A stretch of DNA of 64,000 nt from an uncultured virus (IMG/VR IMGVR_UViG_3300027896_000025) (lineage: Duplodnaviria > Heunggongvirae > Uroviricota > Caudoviricetes): the IMG/VR virus record IMGVR_UViG_3300027896_000025. One strand, 5' to 3'. Both the position numbers and the translations under genes were made by a program. Of this stretch, positions 9,165 through 18,061 are shown one piece after another (the stretch's first letter is position 1; every line of letters begins with the position of its first letter). Below the pieces are notes generated by a model that saw only the letters and a list, made by a program, of their open reading frames with translations, made no database searches and was not told the DNA's origin.

Positions 9165-9618
9165 AATCATTATTGGAGTTTTCGCTTTAGCTACAGCTTT
9201 TGCAGTTGGTCGTTGGACTGGACCCACCAAGATCAAGACTGAGATCAAAACAGTAACAGTTGAGAAGATTGTTTACAAATCAGTAAGTGATAAAGAAGTT
9301 CATAAAGTAACGACAACCACAACAGTTAAGAAACCCGATGGAACAGTAACTACTACAACAGTGACTCGATACGATTCTGACACTCATACTAACACTGATG
9401 TAACTGATAACACCAACACCAGTTCGACTTCAACGACTGAAATTGAAAAAGGAACATCAAAGACTACAGTTCTTGCATTAGCTGGAATGGATCTGACTAA
9501 AGCTAGTACTCCCGATTGGGGAGGGATGGTTTCAAGATCAGTTCTTGGACCAGTTAGTGTAGGCATTGGCGCTTTCCAATCAGGTAAAGTCTTTGGTGGA
9601 ATTGGACTACAATTTTAA
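9148..9618 (+). CDS. Exported Thr-rich envelope protein (possibly spanin-like)
   Basis: Signal/TM N-terminus, Thr-rich linker, C-terminal amphipathic beta strands ending in Phe. Confidence 0.5.
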   Translation: MTITTKIIIGVFALATAFAVGRWTGPTKIKTEIKTVTVEKIVYKSVSDKEVHKVTTTTTVKKPDGTVTTTTVTRYDSDTHTNTDVTDNTNTSSTSTTEIEKGTSKTTVLALAGMDLTKASTPDWGGMVSRSVLGPVSVGIGAFQSGKVFGGIGLQF

Positions 9619-9621
9619 AAT

Positions 9622-10125
9622 ATGGGAACATTTATCAATTTAACTGGTAAAAGATTTGGACGTTTAGTAGTTCTAAAAAGAGATAGAACTCTTAAGTCTG
9701 GAAGAATATCATTTAAATGCAAATGTAACTGTGGAAATTTTATAGTAGTAACTAGTAATTGTCTTCAAAAGGGAACGACTAAAAGCTGTGGATGTTTACG
9801 AAGATATATAACATCTATTACTAAATGGAAACATGGTCACGCGCAATCAATAGGTTCATCAGTAACGCGAACTTATGGAACATGGGGAGCGATGAAAGCC
9901 CGTTGTCTTAATTCAAAAAACGTGGCATATAAACACTATGGAGGTCGAGGAATTACTGTTTGTGCTCGATGGTTGCATTCATTTGAGAATTTTCTAGAAG
10001 ATATGGGAGAACGTCCAATAGGAAAGACAATTGATCGAATTAATAACAATGGAAACTACACTCCCAGTAATTGTCGATGGGCAACCAAATCAGAACAAAA
10101 TAAAAATCAGAGAAGAAATAAATGA
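9622..10125 (+). CDS. HNH homing endonuclease
   Basis: GKRFGRL...CNCG...SCGC; YGGRGI...FLEDMGERP...IDRINNNGNYTPSNCRWAT. Confidence 0.9.
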   Translation: MGTFINLTGKRFGRLVVLKRDRTLKSGRISFKCKCNCGNFIVVTSNCLQKGTTKSCGCLRRYITSITKWKHGHAQSIGSSVTRTYGTWGAMKARCLNSKNVAYKHYGGRGITVCARWLHSFENFLEDMGERPIGKTIDRINNNGNYTPSNCRWATKSEQNKNQRRNK

Positions 10126-10559
10126 AATCAATTTTTTCAATCGAAGAATTAATTTCTGTTGCTAAAAGTAATGATCCAATAGATACACCAACTGGAATTA
10201 GTAAAAGAGAATTGAAAGATATCGAAACGTTTATTTGTGATATGGGGATTAAAGTTGGACGAAAGACGATTCATAACTTAGTCGTCTTCGATCTGTATAA
10301 ACTCTGGGCCAAGGATACGGCCCTTGAGCTTAAAGAATTTAAGAAAGCGTTCTCGTATTACTTTCCAGTTACTAAAGATGTTCACAGAAACGATGCATAT
10401 AAACTTAGTACTACACACAAACAAGGAAAATTCAACCCTTCAAAAAAACACATTGAAGAACTACGAAACCAATATGGACAAAAAAAATCAAAACAATTAA
10501 AGGGAGAATCGTGTCAAGAAAAGCTTTTAACCGAATTGGGAAAAGATTCGGAAGATTAA
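10122..10559 (+). CDS. Hypothetical protein
   Basis: Coupled ORF lying between two HNH genes. Confidence 0.65.
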   Translation: MKSIFSIEELISVAKSNDPIDTPTGISKRELKDIETFICDMGIKVGRKTIHNLVVFDLYKLWAKDTALELKEFKKAFSYYFPVTKDVHRNDAYKLSTTHKQGKFNPSKKHIEELRNQYGQKKSKQLKGESCQEKLLTELGKDSED

Positions 10560-11011
10560 CCGTTATTTCTCGAGTTGGAAAAACAAATCCAATTAGATAC
10601 AAATGTAAATGTGATTGTGGAAAATCAACTATTGTTTTTCGAGGAAATCTAGTCAGCGAAGGATCGACAAGTTGCGGATGTTGGAATGCAGAAAGATCTA
10701 TAATTGGAAATAGAATTCATGGACATCGCTCAAGATATCAAGCGTCTGGAACTTATAAAACTTGGAGAGGGATGAAAATTCGCTGTTTAGATCCTAACTC
10801 AATAGGTTATAATCGTTATGGTGGACGAGGAATTAAGATTTGTAAAAGATGGATGAAGTTTGAAAATTTTCTAAAAGATATGGGAGAACGTCCAGAAGAT
10901 AAAACTTTAGATCGAATTAATAACGATGGAAACTACACTCCTAGTAATTGTCGATGGGCAACCAAATCAGAACAGGCTAAAAATAGAAGAAAGAGAATCT
11001 CCTGTGAGTAA
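10511..11011 (+). CDS. HNH homing endonuclease (paralog of 9622-10125)
   Basis: Same motif set; near-identical 3' DNA. Confidence 0.9.
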   Translation: MSRKAFNRIGKRFGRLTVISRVGKTNPIRYKCKCDCGKSTIVFRGNLVSEGSTSCGCWNAERSIIGNRIHGHRSRYQASGTYKTWRGMKIRCLDPNSIGYNRYGGRGIKICKRWMKFENFLKDMGERPEDKTLDRINNDGNYTPSNCRWATKSEQAKNRRKRISCE

Positions 11012-11426
11012 ACAGAATAAAAAGAATAAGGGTAAACGGTCAAGATGTAAATATCCTGGACTAAATCCAGCCGTTAATCGTGTGAATATTAGGGACCTTC
11101 TAGATTTTGACTATATTGATCAGTTGTCCGATAAAGAGAAGGAATTTTTAAGTAAATTTGTAACTGAGTACTACACAGCAGGGTTTCATCATGATAAAAC
11201 TCAGTACAAGAATAAACAGCCCCTTCACAAAGGTAAAAAAGCTCGTCGCAAAATTTACAAAAGTAACAATTCTCGCAACTCTGACATTACAGCGTATCTT
11301 GGAAACTACCACCAGATGCTTTCTGTTGAGCAACTTTCCAGTACTGATGAAACATTTCGTAAAATGCAGTCTCCAGAAGATAGTTTGAACCGTATGATCG
11401 ATATAAAACGAAAGGCGAAGAAATGA
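11004..11426 (+). CDS. Conserved basic phage protein (start probably GTG 11004)
   Basis: DFDYIDQLSDKEKEFLSKFVTEYY...YKSNNSRNSD. Confidence 0.65.
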   Translation: MSKQNKKNKGKRSRCKYPGLNPAVNRVNIRDLLDFDYIDQLSDKEKEFLSKFVTEYYTAGFHHDKTQYKNKQPLHKGKKARRKIYKSNNSRNSDITAYLGNYHQMLSVEQLSSTDETFRKMQSPEDSLNRMIDIKRKAKK

Positions 11427-11650
11427 ACGAGTACTGTCCTTGGCAAGAACTTAACATGTCTGAACTTGAGTACATGAAAATGCGATACCTAGAAGCTCGA
11501 GCTGATTTAAAACTTGCAGTTGCCGCATTGAAGTACTACGCTGAAGGTAATGGCGTTGATCCAGAAGACTGTTCAGTGATTGAACGACCGTTGGATTCTT
11601 TTGATTTCCCTGGACTTAAGGCGAGACAAGCGTTGGAGGAGATTCAATGA
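11423..11650 (+). CDS. Hypothetical protein
   Basis: Coupled ORF. Confidence 0.6.
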   Translation: MNEYCPWQELNMSELEYMKMRYLEARADLKLAVAALKYYAEGNGVDPEDCSVIERPLDSFDFPGLKARQALEEIQ

Positions 11651-11862
11651 AACAGTCTAAATTCTCAATAAACGAGGAAGTCCGCTACCCAAGAATCGAT
11701 TCCTACGGTAAAGTTATTGAAATCATTAAGAATCGTTCTTTTCGGTACTACGTCCAGGCGCAAGGCCAAGTTTGGAGCGTTCCAGAATCAGCTTTGAAAA
11801 AGGTCAATAAACGCCAAAAATCGGTCAATGATTCTGATGAGTTAGAAACTCAAGTTTCGTAA
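11647..11862 (+). CDS. Small SH3/KOW-like protein
   Basis: KFSINEEV...GKVIEI...YYV...SVPESAL beta-barrel pattern. Confidence 0.55.
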   Translation: MKQSKFSINEEVRYPRIDSYGKVIEIIKNRSFRYYVQAQGQVWSVPESALKKVNKRQKSVNDSDELETQVS

Positions 11863-11905
11863 TCGCCTCTAGGATCGATTTTGTTGCAACTTCTGTGCCT
11901 AGATA

Positions 11906-12466
11906 TTACTTCGCCTGTAATCGACGTTTAAGCTGCGAGTACATTCCAAACTGGTTTAACTCTCCCGGCTGAGCTACTGATTTCGCAGCTTCTGCAGCAG
12001 GAGCACCTAACCGTAACTCACCAGCTTCACCTAGTCCACGCAACGCCCTGTAAGCTTCTGGAGCCTTCATCGCAGCGCCAACTCCGCCAGCGATCAACAT
12101 TGGATCGGCGAAGTTCAATGCTGTTTCTAATCCAGCTTGAGCAGCTGGAGATTTTAGTCCCGATTGTCTAGTTAAATCTTCTGGCGTAGGAGCCGTTCTT
12201 GGATCAGCTGCGAACTGGGAAGCAGCAGCGTTGACAGCACCTTCGAAGTTAGTAGGATTAGTTTGGAGTTGAGAGATAGCAGATCGTAATGGAGCACCAG
12301 TAACTGAATCAACTGCAGACATTGGAGGTCCGAGTAACTGACCCCAATGCTATTTAAAACGGTCCCAGCTCCACGAGTCATCTGGTTGATCTGGAGTTAC
12401 AATTCCACCGTCATCGTAACTTTGAGCAGGATTCAGCTTATTTTTAAGTTTTCTGAATCTAGACAT
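11906..12466 (-). CDS. Putative internal virion protein interrupted by an in-frame TAG (12350-12352)
   Basis: GAGG SD plus ATG 12466, in frame with ORF 11906-12322; a single amber codon at codon 39. Confidence 0.65.
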
Positions 12467-12477
12467 CAAAACCTCAG

Positions 12478-12774
12478 TTATTTTCCCTGATAAAAGCGAA
12501 TAACCTCAACAACACAGTACACGAATCCAGCTAATCCCCCCAGACACACAGCAATCTTTACTAGCGCGTCAATTAACTGAATCTTCTTCTCAATCGGATT
12601 CAATCGCTCATTCATCTCAGTTTCTTTAAGATCAATGAGTTCGCGTGTTTGCTTTACGCCTTCAATGTGAGTCTTTAGATCTGCAGTGTTTACTGCGACA
12701 TTTTTATCGATCGTCGCCACTTTTTCAGTAAGCGAATCGATTTTGCCTTCGATTTTATCTAGTTGCTGTTTCAC
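12478..12774 (-). CDS. Coiled-coil protein with C-terminal TM (XhlA/holin-like)
   Basis: Heptad N-terminus; IAVCLGGLAGFVYCVV TM. Confidence 0.6.
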   Translation of the reverse strand: MKQQLDKIEGKIDSLTEKVATIDKNVAVNTADLKTHIEGVKQTRELIDLKETEMNERLNPIEKKIQLIDALVKIAVCLGGLAGFVYCVVEVIRFYQGK

Positions 12775-14654
12775 GGTGTTCCTTTGGTTGGTGTGGCTGG
12801 CACGGGGTTGCTTGGAGATTCTGGTACAGAAGTAGTCGGTTCAGTTCCAAAAACTTGACCTAAGATATTTCGGTAGTCTTCATTTTGAGAAACGGCGTAC
12901 AGCAGAGCGGCTCGTTTCTCTTGGGGGGAGTTACCAATTACTTTAAGAATCTGTGTAAGTTTTGGAGTAGCTGTGCTCTTAACTCCTTGGACAGCGTTGA
13001 TAATAGGAGCAAACTCGCCTTTAGTAAGTCCCCATAGATTACCAATCACGCCGCTGGCTCGAGCGGTGTGTGACAACTGGTACGGCGTTCCCGTCTTCAT
13101 TCTGGCAACAGTTTCTGCACCGACGCGGTATTTCTCAGCGAAGTCTTCAAGATGAGATACTAACGCATTAGTTTGTTCAGGCGGCATTGTCTTCTTCAAC
13201 ACGTCTTTGATGTTTTGATACGTCTGTTGAGCGCCTGGTTCAAAAGGTTTATTAATGTGAGCGATTTGTCCCATCAAACTGGGCGCTGGTTGTTTCTCAC
13301 CACTTAATCTATATTCAGGAGTTCCGATGTCTTTACCTTGAACTTCCAGTAATGAAGCTAGTTTGTCTCGGTTAATCTTGAATTGGTCCGCCAATTGTTG
13401 AAGTTGAGTACTTGGATTCTCAACAACTTGGTCTAAGTTCTTAAGTTTATCATTCAAAGAATCAACAAAATCTTTACGGAAACTAACTTCAGCTCGTTCC
13501 TGCATTCCCATAGATTTAAATTCTTGTGGAGAAGGAAGATTTTCCCTCAAACGTCTAACTTGGGAGTTGATTTCTGTTGGAAGCATTTCAGGAGGAGTTC
13601 CTGCAACCATCTTTACAAGGTTGTTGTACTGATCCTTAGAGATATCTCCTCGATTGTATAAATCTAGTAACTCTTGAGATGTCACTCGTTTCTCAGGAAG
13701 AACACTAATTTTACCAGTTTCTTTGTCTAATCCACGGAGTAACACTTCTTGCTTAACTCCATGTGATGAAGTAAGATCGTCTAAGGTCTTCTGAAGATTT
13801 CCAGCTTCTTCTTGCATTTCCTGTGTGTACTTCTGAGCAGTGGATTTACGGATGATATTCTCACCTTCCATACCCATTTGCTCACCAGTTTTGAAAGTAC
13901 TACCTAGTTCGGTATCGCCCATTACATTACGTAACGCACCTAACGCCGAAGCTCCAGTTTCTAAAGCTCCACCAGTCAACGCACCAATCGCAGCACCAGT
14001 TGCTCCAGCTTTAGCTCCCTGCTCTAAATTTTCTCCAAGATCTTTACCTGTGTACTCATGACCAGCAACTTCAGCACCACCACCAATTGCTCCACCAGCT
14101 TTCATCGCTGTACGCAAACGTTGTAAATAATTCGAACCAGGACCTGCAATTCCAACACCAGCTTTGGCTAATGCTCCACCAGTCAACGCTCCACCGGCTA
14201 AGTTACCAGTTAAGTACGCTCCAGGAGATTCAGCCTGGGCTTGTGCGTACTCATTTCGTTGAGAGTTCTTCGCTTGTTCGTAAATATCTGAAGTACTAGT
14301 TGGTCCAACGTCTCCAGTAAATCCAGCAGCTTTCATTTGAGCGCCAATTTCATCTGGAGTCATTCCTGGACGAATCCCAAGTTCTCTCATGTTCTGAGGA
14401 ACGGACTGAACTCCACCGACACCGGCCATGCTTAATCCTGCTTGCTCGAGACCTGCTAGTTTTGGAGCTGTTCCGAAGGTTACACCTTGCTCCGCACCTT
14501 TTTCTGCGACGTGTAGTTTCTTAAGAAGATCTTTCCAAAGATCAGATCCTGTAGGATACGAAGCCGAAAGATCCAGTGGGACTTCTTGGAAGCCTTCATC
14601 TAAAGCATGAGCAGTAACTGGGATTTCTTCAAAGCCTTTGTCTAAATCAGCCAT
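12771..14654 (-). CDS. Putative internal virion/ejection protein
   Basis: Gly/Ala-rich segments and GFEEIP/GFQEVP N-terminal repeats; position after the nozzle as in podoviruses. Confidence 0.65.
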   Translation of the reverse strand: MADLDKGFEEIPVTAHALDEGFQEVPLDLSASYPTGSDLWKDLLKKLHVAEKGAEQGVTFGTAPKLAGLEQAGLSMAGVGGVQSVPQNMRELGIRPGMTPDEIGAQMKAAGFTGDVGPTSTSDIYEQAKNSQRNEYAQAQAESPGAYLTGNLAGGALTGGALAKAGVGIAGPGSNYLQRLRTAMKAGGAIGGGAEVAGHEYTGKDLGENLEQGAKAGATGAAIGALTGGALETGASALGALRNVMGDTELGSTFKTGEQMGMEGENIIRKSTAQKYTQEMQEEAGNLQKTLDDLTSSHGVKQEVLLRGLDKETGKISVLPEKRVTSQELLDLYNRGDISKDQYNNLVKMVAGTPPEMLPTEINSQVRRLRENLPSPQEFKSMGMQERAEVSFRKDFVDSLNDKLKNLDQVVENPSTQLQQLADQFKINRDKLASLLEVQGKDIGTPEYRLSGEKQPAPSLMGQIAHINKPFEPGAQQTYQNIKDVLKKTMPPEQTNALVSHLEDFAEKYRVGAETVARMKTGTPYQLSHTARASGVIGNLWGLTKGEFAPIINAVQGVKSTATPKLTQILKVIGNSPQEKRAALLYAVSQNEDYRNILGQVFGTEPTTSVPESPSNPVPATPTKGTP

Positions 14655-16117
14655 TATTGTCTTCCAGGAACAATTTCTTTAGTTCCATCTGAGTAAATCA
14701 GTTGTGTTTGATTCGTCTTAGAGTTGTACCCTTTTTTAACAACAGTTCGTTGACCTGAAGATTGAGTACCTTGTGAGCCTTGAGCAGTTTGAGTAGATTC
14801 AGCTGGAACTCCAAATCGTCCCATGTACTGATCATGATACGATTTGTAATCTTCTGGAGCCATTTTATCTTTGTTGCTTTCAAGAATTCGTCCGTAACGC
14901 TCGGTGATGTTCTTTCTAGCGTTCGTTTGAATGTCGTGAGCATAATCAAAGTACTGTTGTAAGAATCCTCTAGCTTTACCAGCTTGAGATTCATTCAGTA
15001 CTTTACCAGAGTTATTAGCTATCCAAGTTTGTACAGAATTTGGCATCATTCGTTCGAGTTCCTGTTTATCTGGAACTCCGCCTTTTGCGACCTTAGCAAC
15101 TTCACCAATAACTACGGGAAGCATATTTACTGGAATTTTATTAAGATCTCCGTACTTCTGTCTAATAGCCTCGATTTTTTGAGTGTTGTAAGCATCAGCT
15201 TCTTGTAACTGAGCGCCAGGAGTTCTAGCACCAAGTAACTGAGTTCCAACTCTTGAAGCAACTGCAGCTTCAGCTTTAGTTTTAGTTTGACCCATTAAAG
15301 CTTGACGCATCAGTAACTGATTCTCACGTTGAGCTTTGAACTGTTCCCATTTCTCAACATGACCGAGTTTATTTTCAACATCAGCTTCAGACACAGAATC
15401 TGGTAACGTTTTACCAGTAAATTCTTTGTAAGTATCTCGAGCTAATTTAGATCGTTGACTATCAGGATTAGTAGTTTCTAGTGCCTGTTTGTACTTAGCT
15501 AACTGTTCTTGAGTGGTTAGTCCTTGTAAAGCTTGTTGACGATTCATTAATTCAGACTGAATTGGCATCTGAGCTTGCTGCTGCATCGCTTGAATCCCAC
15601 TACGATTCAGTTCTCTTCGTCCACCAGCTTCAGCCATTGTAGTAAATGCGTTACTAAGATTAGCATTCAAAGCCATCTGGTTACTAATCTGTTGAGCGTC
15701 TCTCATTCGTTGAGGATTATTAGCTTCTTGGATTTGTTTCAATAACTGTTGGTACTGATCAACTTTACTAGGTTCAGCTGGCGCAGCTGCAGCTTGAGAA
15801 GTTTCAATTTTGTCTTCTTTTCCAGCAGGTTCACGAGTTTCAGGTTCCTCATCTTCAGAATCATCAGATTCTTTACCTTTTTCTAACTGAGGAGCTACAG
15901 GTTTGCTCATGTCAATGTCTTGAACAGTTTCATCAGAACTGTCTGATTGATCAGAACTGGCATCAGGAGTTACTGAAGTCTTAAGTCCTAAGAACTTGTT
16001 TACTAGATCTCGTTTATCAGGAGCGATAGCTTGTGCGGCTTCAGAAGGACCGTTTCCAGCATCTGGAGCGTCAGTATCTAGTTCTTCGTCTGTCAACGGA
16101 TTCTTATACTTTGGCAT
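14654..16117 (-). CDS. Putative internal virion/ejection protein
   Basis: Acidic disordered N-terminus, Q-rich helical core; synteny. Confidence 0.65.
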   Translation of the reverse strand: MPKYKNPLTDEELDTDAPDAGNGPSEAAQAIAPDKRDLVNKFLGLKTSVTPDASSDQSDSSDETVQDIDMSKPVAPQLEKGKESDDSEDEEPETREPAGKEDKIETSQAAAAPAEPSKVDQYQQLLKQIQEANNPQRMRDAQQISNQMALNANLSNAFTTMAEAGGRRELNRSGIQAMQQQAQMPIQSELMNRQQALQGLTTQEQLAKYKQALETTNPDSQRSKLARDTYKEFTGKTLPDSVSEADVENKLGHVEKWEQFKAQRENQLLMRQALMGQTKTKAEAAVASRVGTQLLGARTPGAQLQEADAYNTQKIEAIRQKYGDLNKIPVNMLPVVIGEVAKVAKGGVPDKQELERMMPNSVQTWIANNSGKVLNESQAGKARGFLQQYFDYAHDIQTNARKNITERYGRILESNKDKMAPEDYKSYHDQYMGRFGVPAESTQTAQGSQGTQSSGQRTVVKKGYNSKTNQTQLIYSDGTKEIVPGRQ

Positions 16118-17465
16118 GTTTTCTCGCTTTCACAGCTGCGTGACCTTTTAACAATCCTTCAAGAAACGCTCGAGCGTGATCAGGATTTTGCATGTACGAT
16201 CTTGGAATCACAGCTTCACCGGGAGAAAGTTTAGCATCAACTGTGTCGTTTTCTGGAGAATCACCGGGAACTTGAGCTTCACCGGGGACTTCTCCACCGT
16301 TAAGCATTCCAGGAATCATCCCTCCGCCGTACTGTTGCAACGGATTACTGGGAACATGATCTTCAGAAACTTCTCTACCTTCAACCATTCCGCCTTCCCA
16401 TTTAGAATAAGGATTAGTTGCCCAGTATCCAGTATCTGTGCTAGGAACTTCGGGTACAGTTCCAGTACCTTTTGATCCGAGACTACTTAAATAGTTGTTC
16501 ATCATTCCGTAGTTAGCCGCCGAACTTGCAGCTTGCCCGAGACCCGCACCCATACCAGAATACAGGTTAGCTTGTTGTTGACCACCCTGCATCAATACGT
16601 TAGCAGTTTGAGTTCCATATCCAGCCATTCCCATAGCTTTTTGCATCTGATCGGAATACGCTTGCTGTTTCGCAGCGGCGTTAGCTTGCTGCTGTTGATT
16701 GTAAATTCCAACATTCTGATTCATGATATTTTGTTTATTAGCAAGATTCTGTTGTTGAGTTTGATTTTGCAATTGGGTGTTGTAACCCGCAACTTGCTGA
16801 GCATTCTGAGCATTGAATTGATTAATAGCGTTTTGTGCTTGAGCGATCTGAGCTTGCTGTCCAAACTGTTGAGAGTTCATCTGACCAGCCACTTGTCCAC
16901 TTTGGAGTTGAGCGTTCAAAGCGTTACGAGTAGCAGTGTCTCCAATTTGTAATCCAGCAGCTTGAGCATTTTGCATTCCACTTTGAGATGCCGCTAATCT
17001 AGCCGCAAGTTCTGTCCCACTACCGCCCATTCCTCGAGCGGCCATATTTTGCATAATCGCACCTTGATCCGCTTTATTCTGCTGTTGCATCGTTCCTTGA
17101 GCTTGAGCCAATGCGGCGCGATCTGTAGCAGTTAATCCAGTTTTTGCTAGTTCTTGTAACGATTGTAACGATTGTTTCTGAGCGTCAATAGTTGCTTGAT
17201 CAACCTTGACGTTGTTCATTACTGAAGTTTTTTGTTGGAGAGTTTGTTCTAATTCAGGAGTTAATACACCTGCGCTCTGAAGTTGTTTATAAACAACAGA
17301 CATTTCTTCAGCAGTAGGTACAGTGACTCCACCAATGATATCTCTTGCCTGTGATAATGCTTGTTGTGCAGCTTCCGTTGCATCGCCTTGTGCTCCAGCT
17401 GCTAGTAATCCGCCGCCAATACTAGCGGCAGCTCCTGCTCCAACTGCTGCAATTATTCCTGACAT
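16104..17465 (-). CDS. Putative ejection (pilot) protein
   Basis: Hydrophobic Gly/Ala N-terminus, Q/A-rich coil, C-terminal GGEVPG...GDSPENDTV.AKLSPGEAVIP module. Confidence 0.7.
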   Translation of the reverse strand: MSGIIAAVGAGAAASIGGGLLAAGAQGDATEAAQQALSQARDIIGGVTVPTAEEMSVVYKQLQSAGVLTPELEQTLQQKTSVMNNVKVDQATIDAQKQSLQSLQELAKTGLTATDRAALAQAQGTMQQQNKADQGAIMQNMAARGMGGSGTELAARLAASQSGMQNAQAAGLQIGDTATRNALNAQLQSGQVAGQMNSQQFGQQAQIAQAQNAINQFNAQNAQQVAGYNTQLQNQTQQQNLANKQNIMNQNVGIYNQQQQANAAAKQQAYSDQMQKAMGMAGYGTQTANVLMQGGQQQANLYSGMGAGLGQAASSAANYGMMNNYLSSLGSKGTGTVPEVPSTDTGYWATNPYSKWEGGMVEGREVSEDHVPSNPLQQYGGGMIPGMLNGGEVPGEAQVPGDSPENDTVDAKLSPGEAVIPRSYMQNPDHARAFLEGLLKGHAAVKARKHAKV

Positions 17466-18061
17466 AATTTTGTTCCTTCTGTAAGTTTTTTAATCTCGTT
17501 CCATTGAATTGGCATTTCTAAAAGTAACTCGATAGCTCGGTCTTCGGAAATTGTGTACGTTCTATCAAAAATTTCATCTTCGACTTTACTAACATCAGTT
17601 TCTGAAACTGCGTGAATAGTTGTCCAAACTGTATCTTCATGAGCGTAAGCTACTCGCTTCACTTGATTTGTCGAAACAAATGCAAACGGAGCTTTAATTC
17701 TTTTAGTTCCAGTTCCATCATCGGACAGAACTGAAATATCACCTTTACTAACAATCGTCATGTACCCTGATGTATGAATCTCGCCTGTTAACAGTGTTCC
17801 CTTTGGAACAGTAACTTCTCTGGAATACAATCCGTTAGTAAATCGGTGAACTGGAGGAATTTCGATCTGAGGAAGTTTCAACAACAACATCTCTAATGCC
17901 AACATTTTATCACGTAATACTGGGAGAGGAATATTTTTATCTTCAATGATTGTTAACGGTTGATCTGAATTCTGATAAGCTTCAAATGGAGAGTTAACTG
18001 GAACGATCTGTTTCCTCAGTAACTTACGACAGAATTTCTGAATACGTTGTAACAGTTTCAT
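17453..18061 (-). CDS. Cupin-fold protein
   Basis: HRFTNGLYSREVTVPKGTLLTGEIH...KRVAYAHEDTVWTTIH. Confidence 0.75.
   Translation of the reverse strand: MKLLQRIQKFCRKLLRKQIVPVNSPFEAYQNSDQPLTIIEDKNIPLPVLRDKMLALEMLLLKLPQIEIPPVHRFTNGLYSREVTVPKGTLLTGEIHTSGYMTIVSKGDISVLSDDGTGTKRIKAPFAFVSTNQVKRVAYAHEDTVWTTIHAVSETDVSKVEDEIFDRTYTISEDRAIELLLEMPIQWNEIKKLTEGTKLCQE

Noticed and set aside
12350..12352. Genome-wide TAG reassignment
   Set aside because: Only one in-frame TAG was noticed; many genes end at TAG with tight downstream coupling, and long ORFs are intact in code 11.
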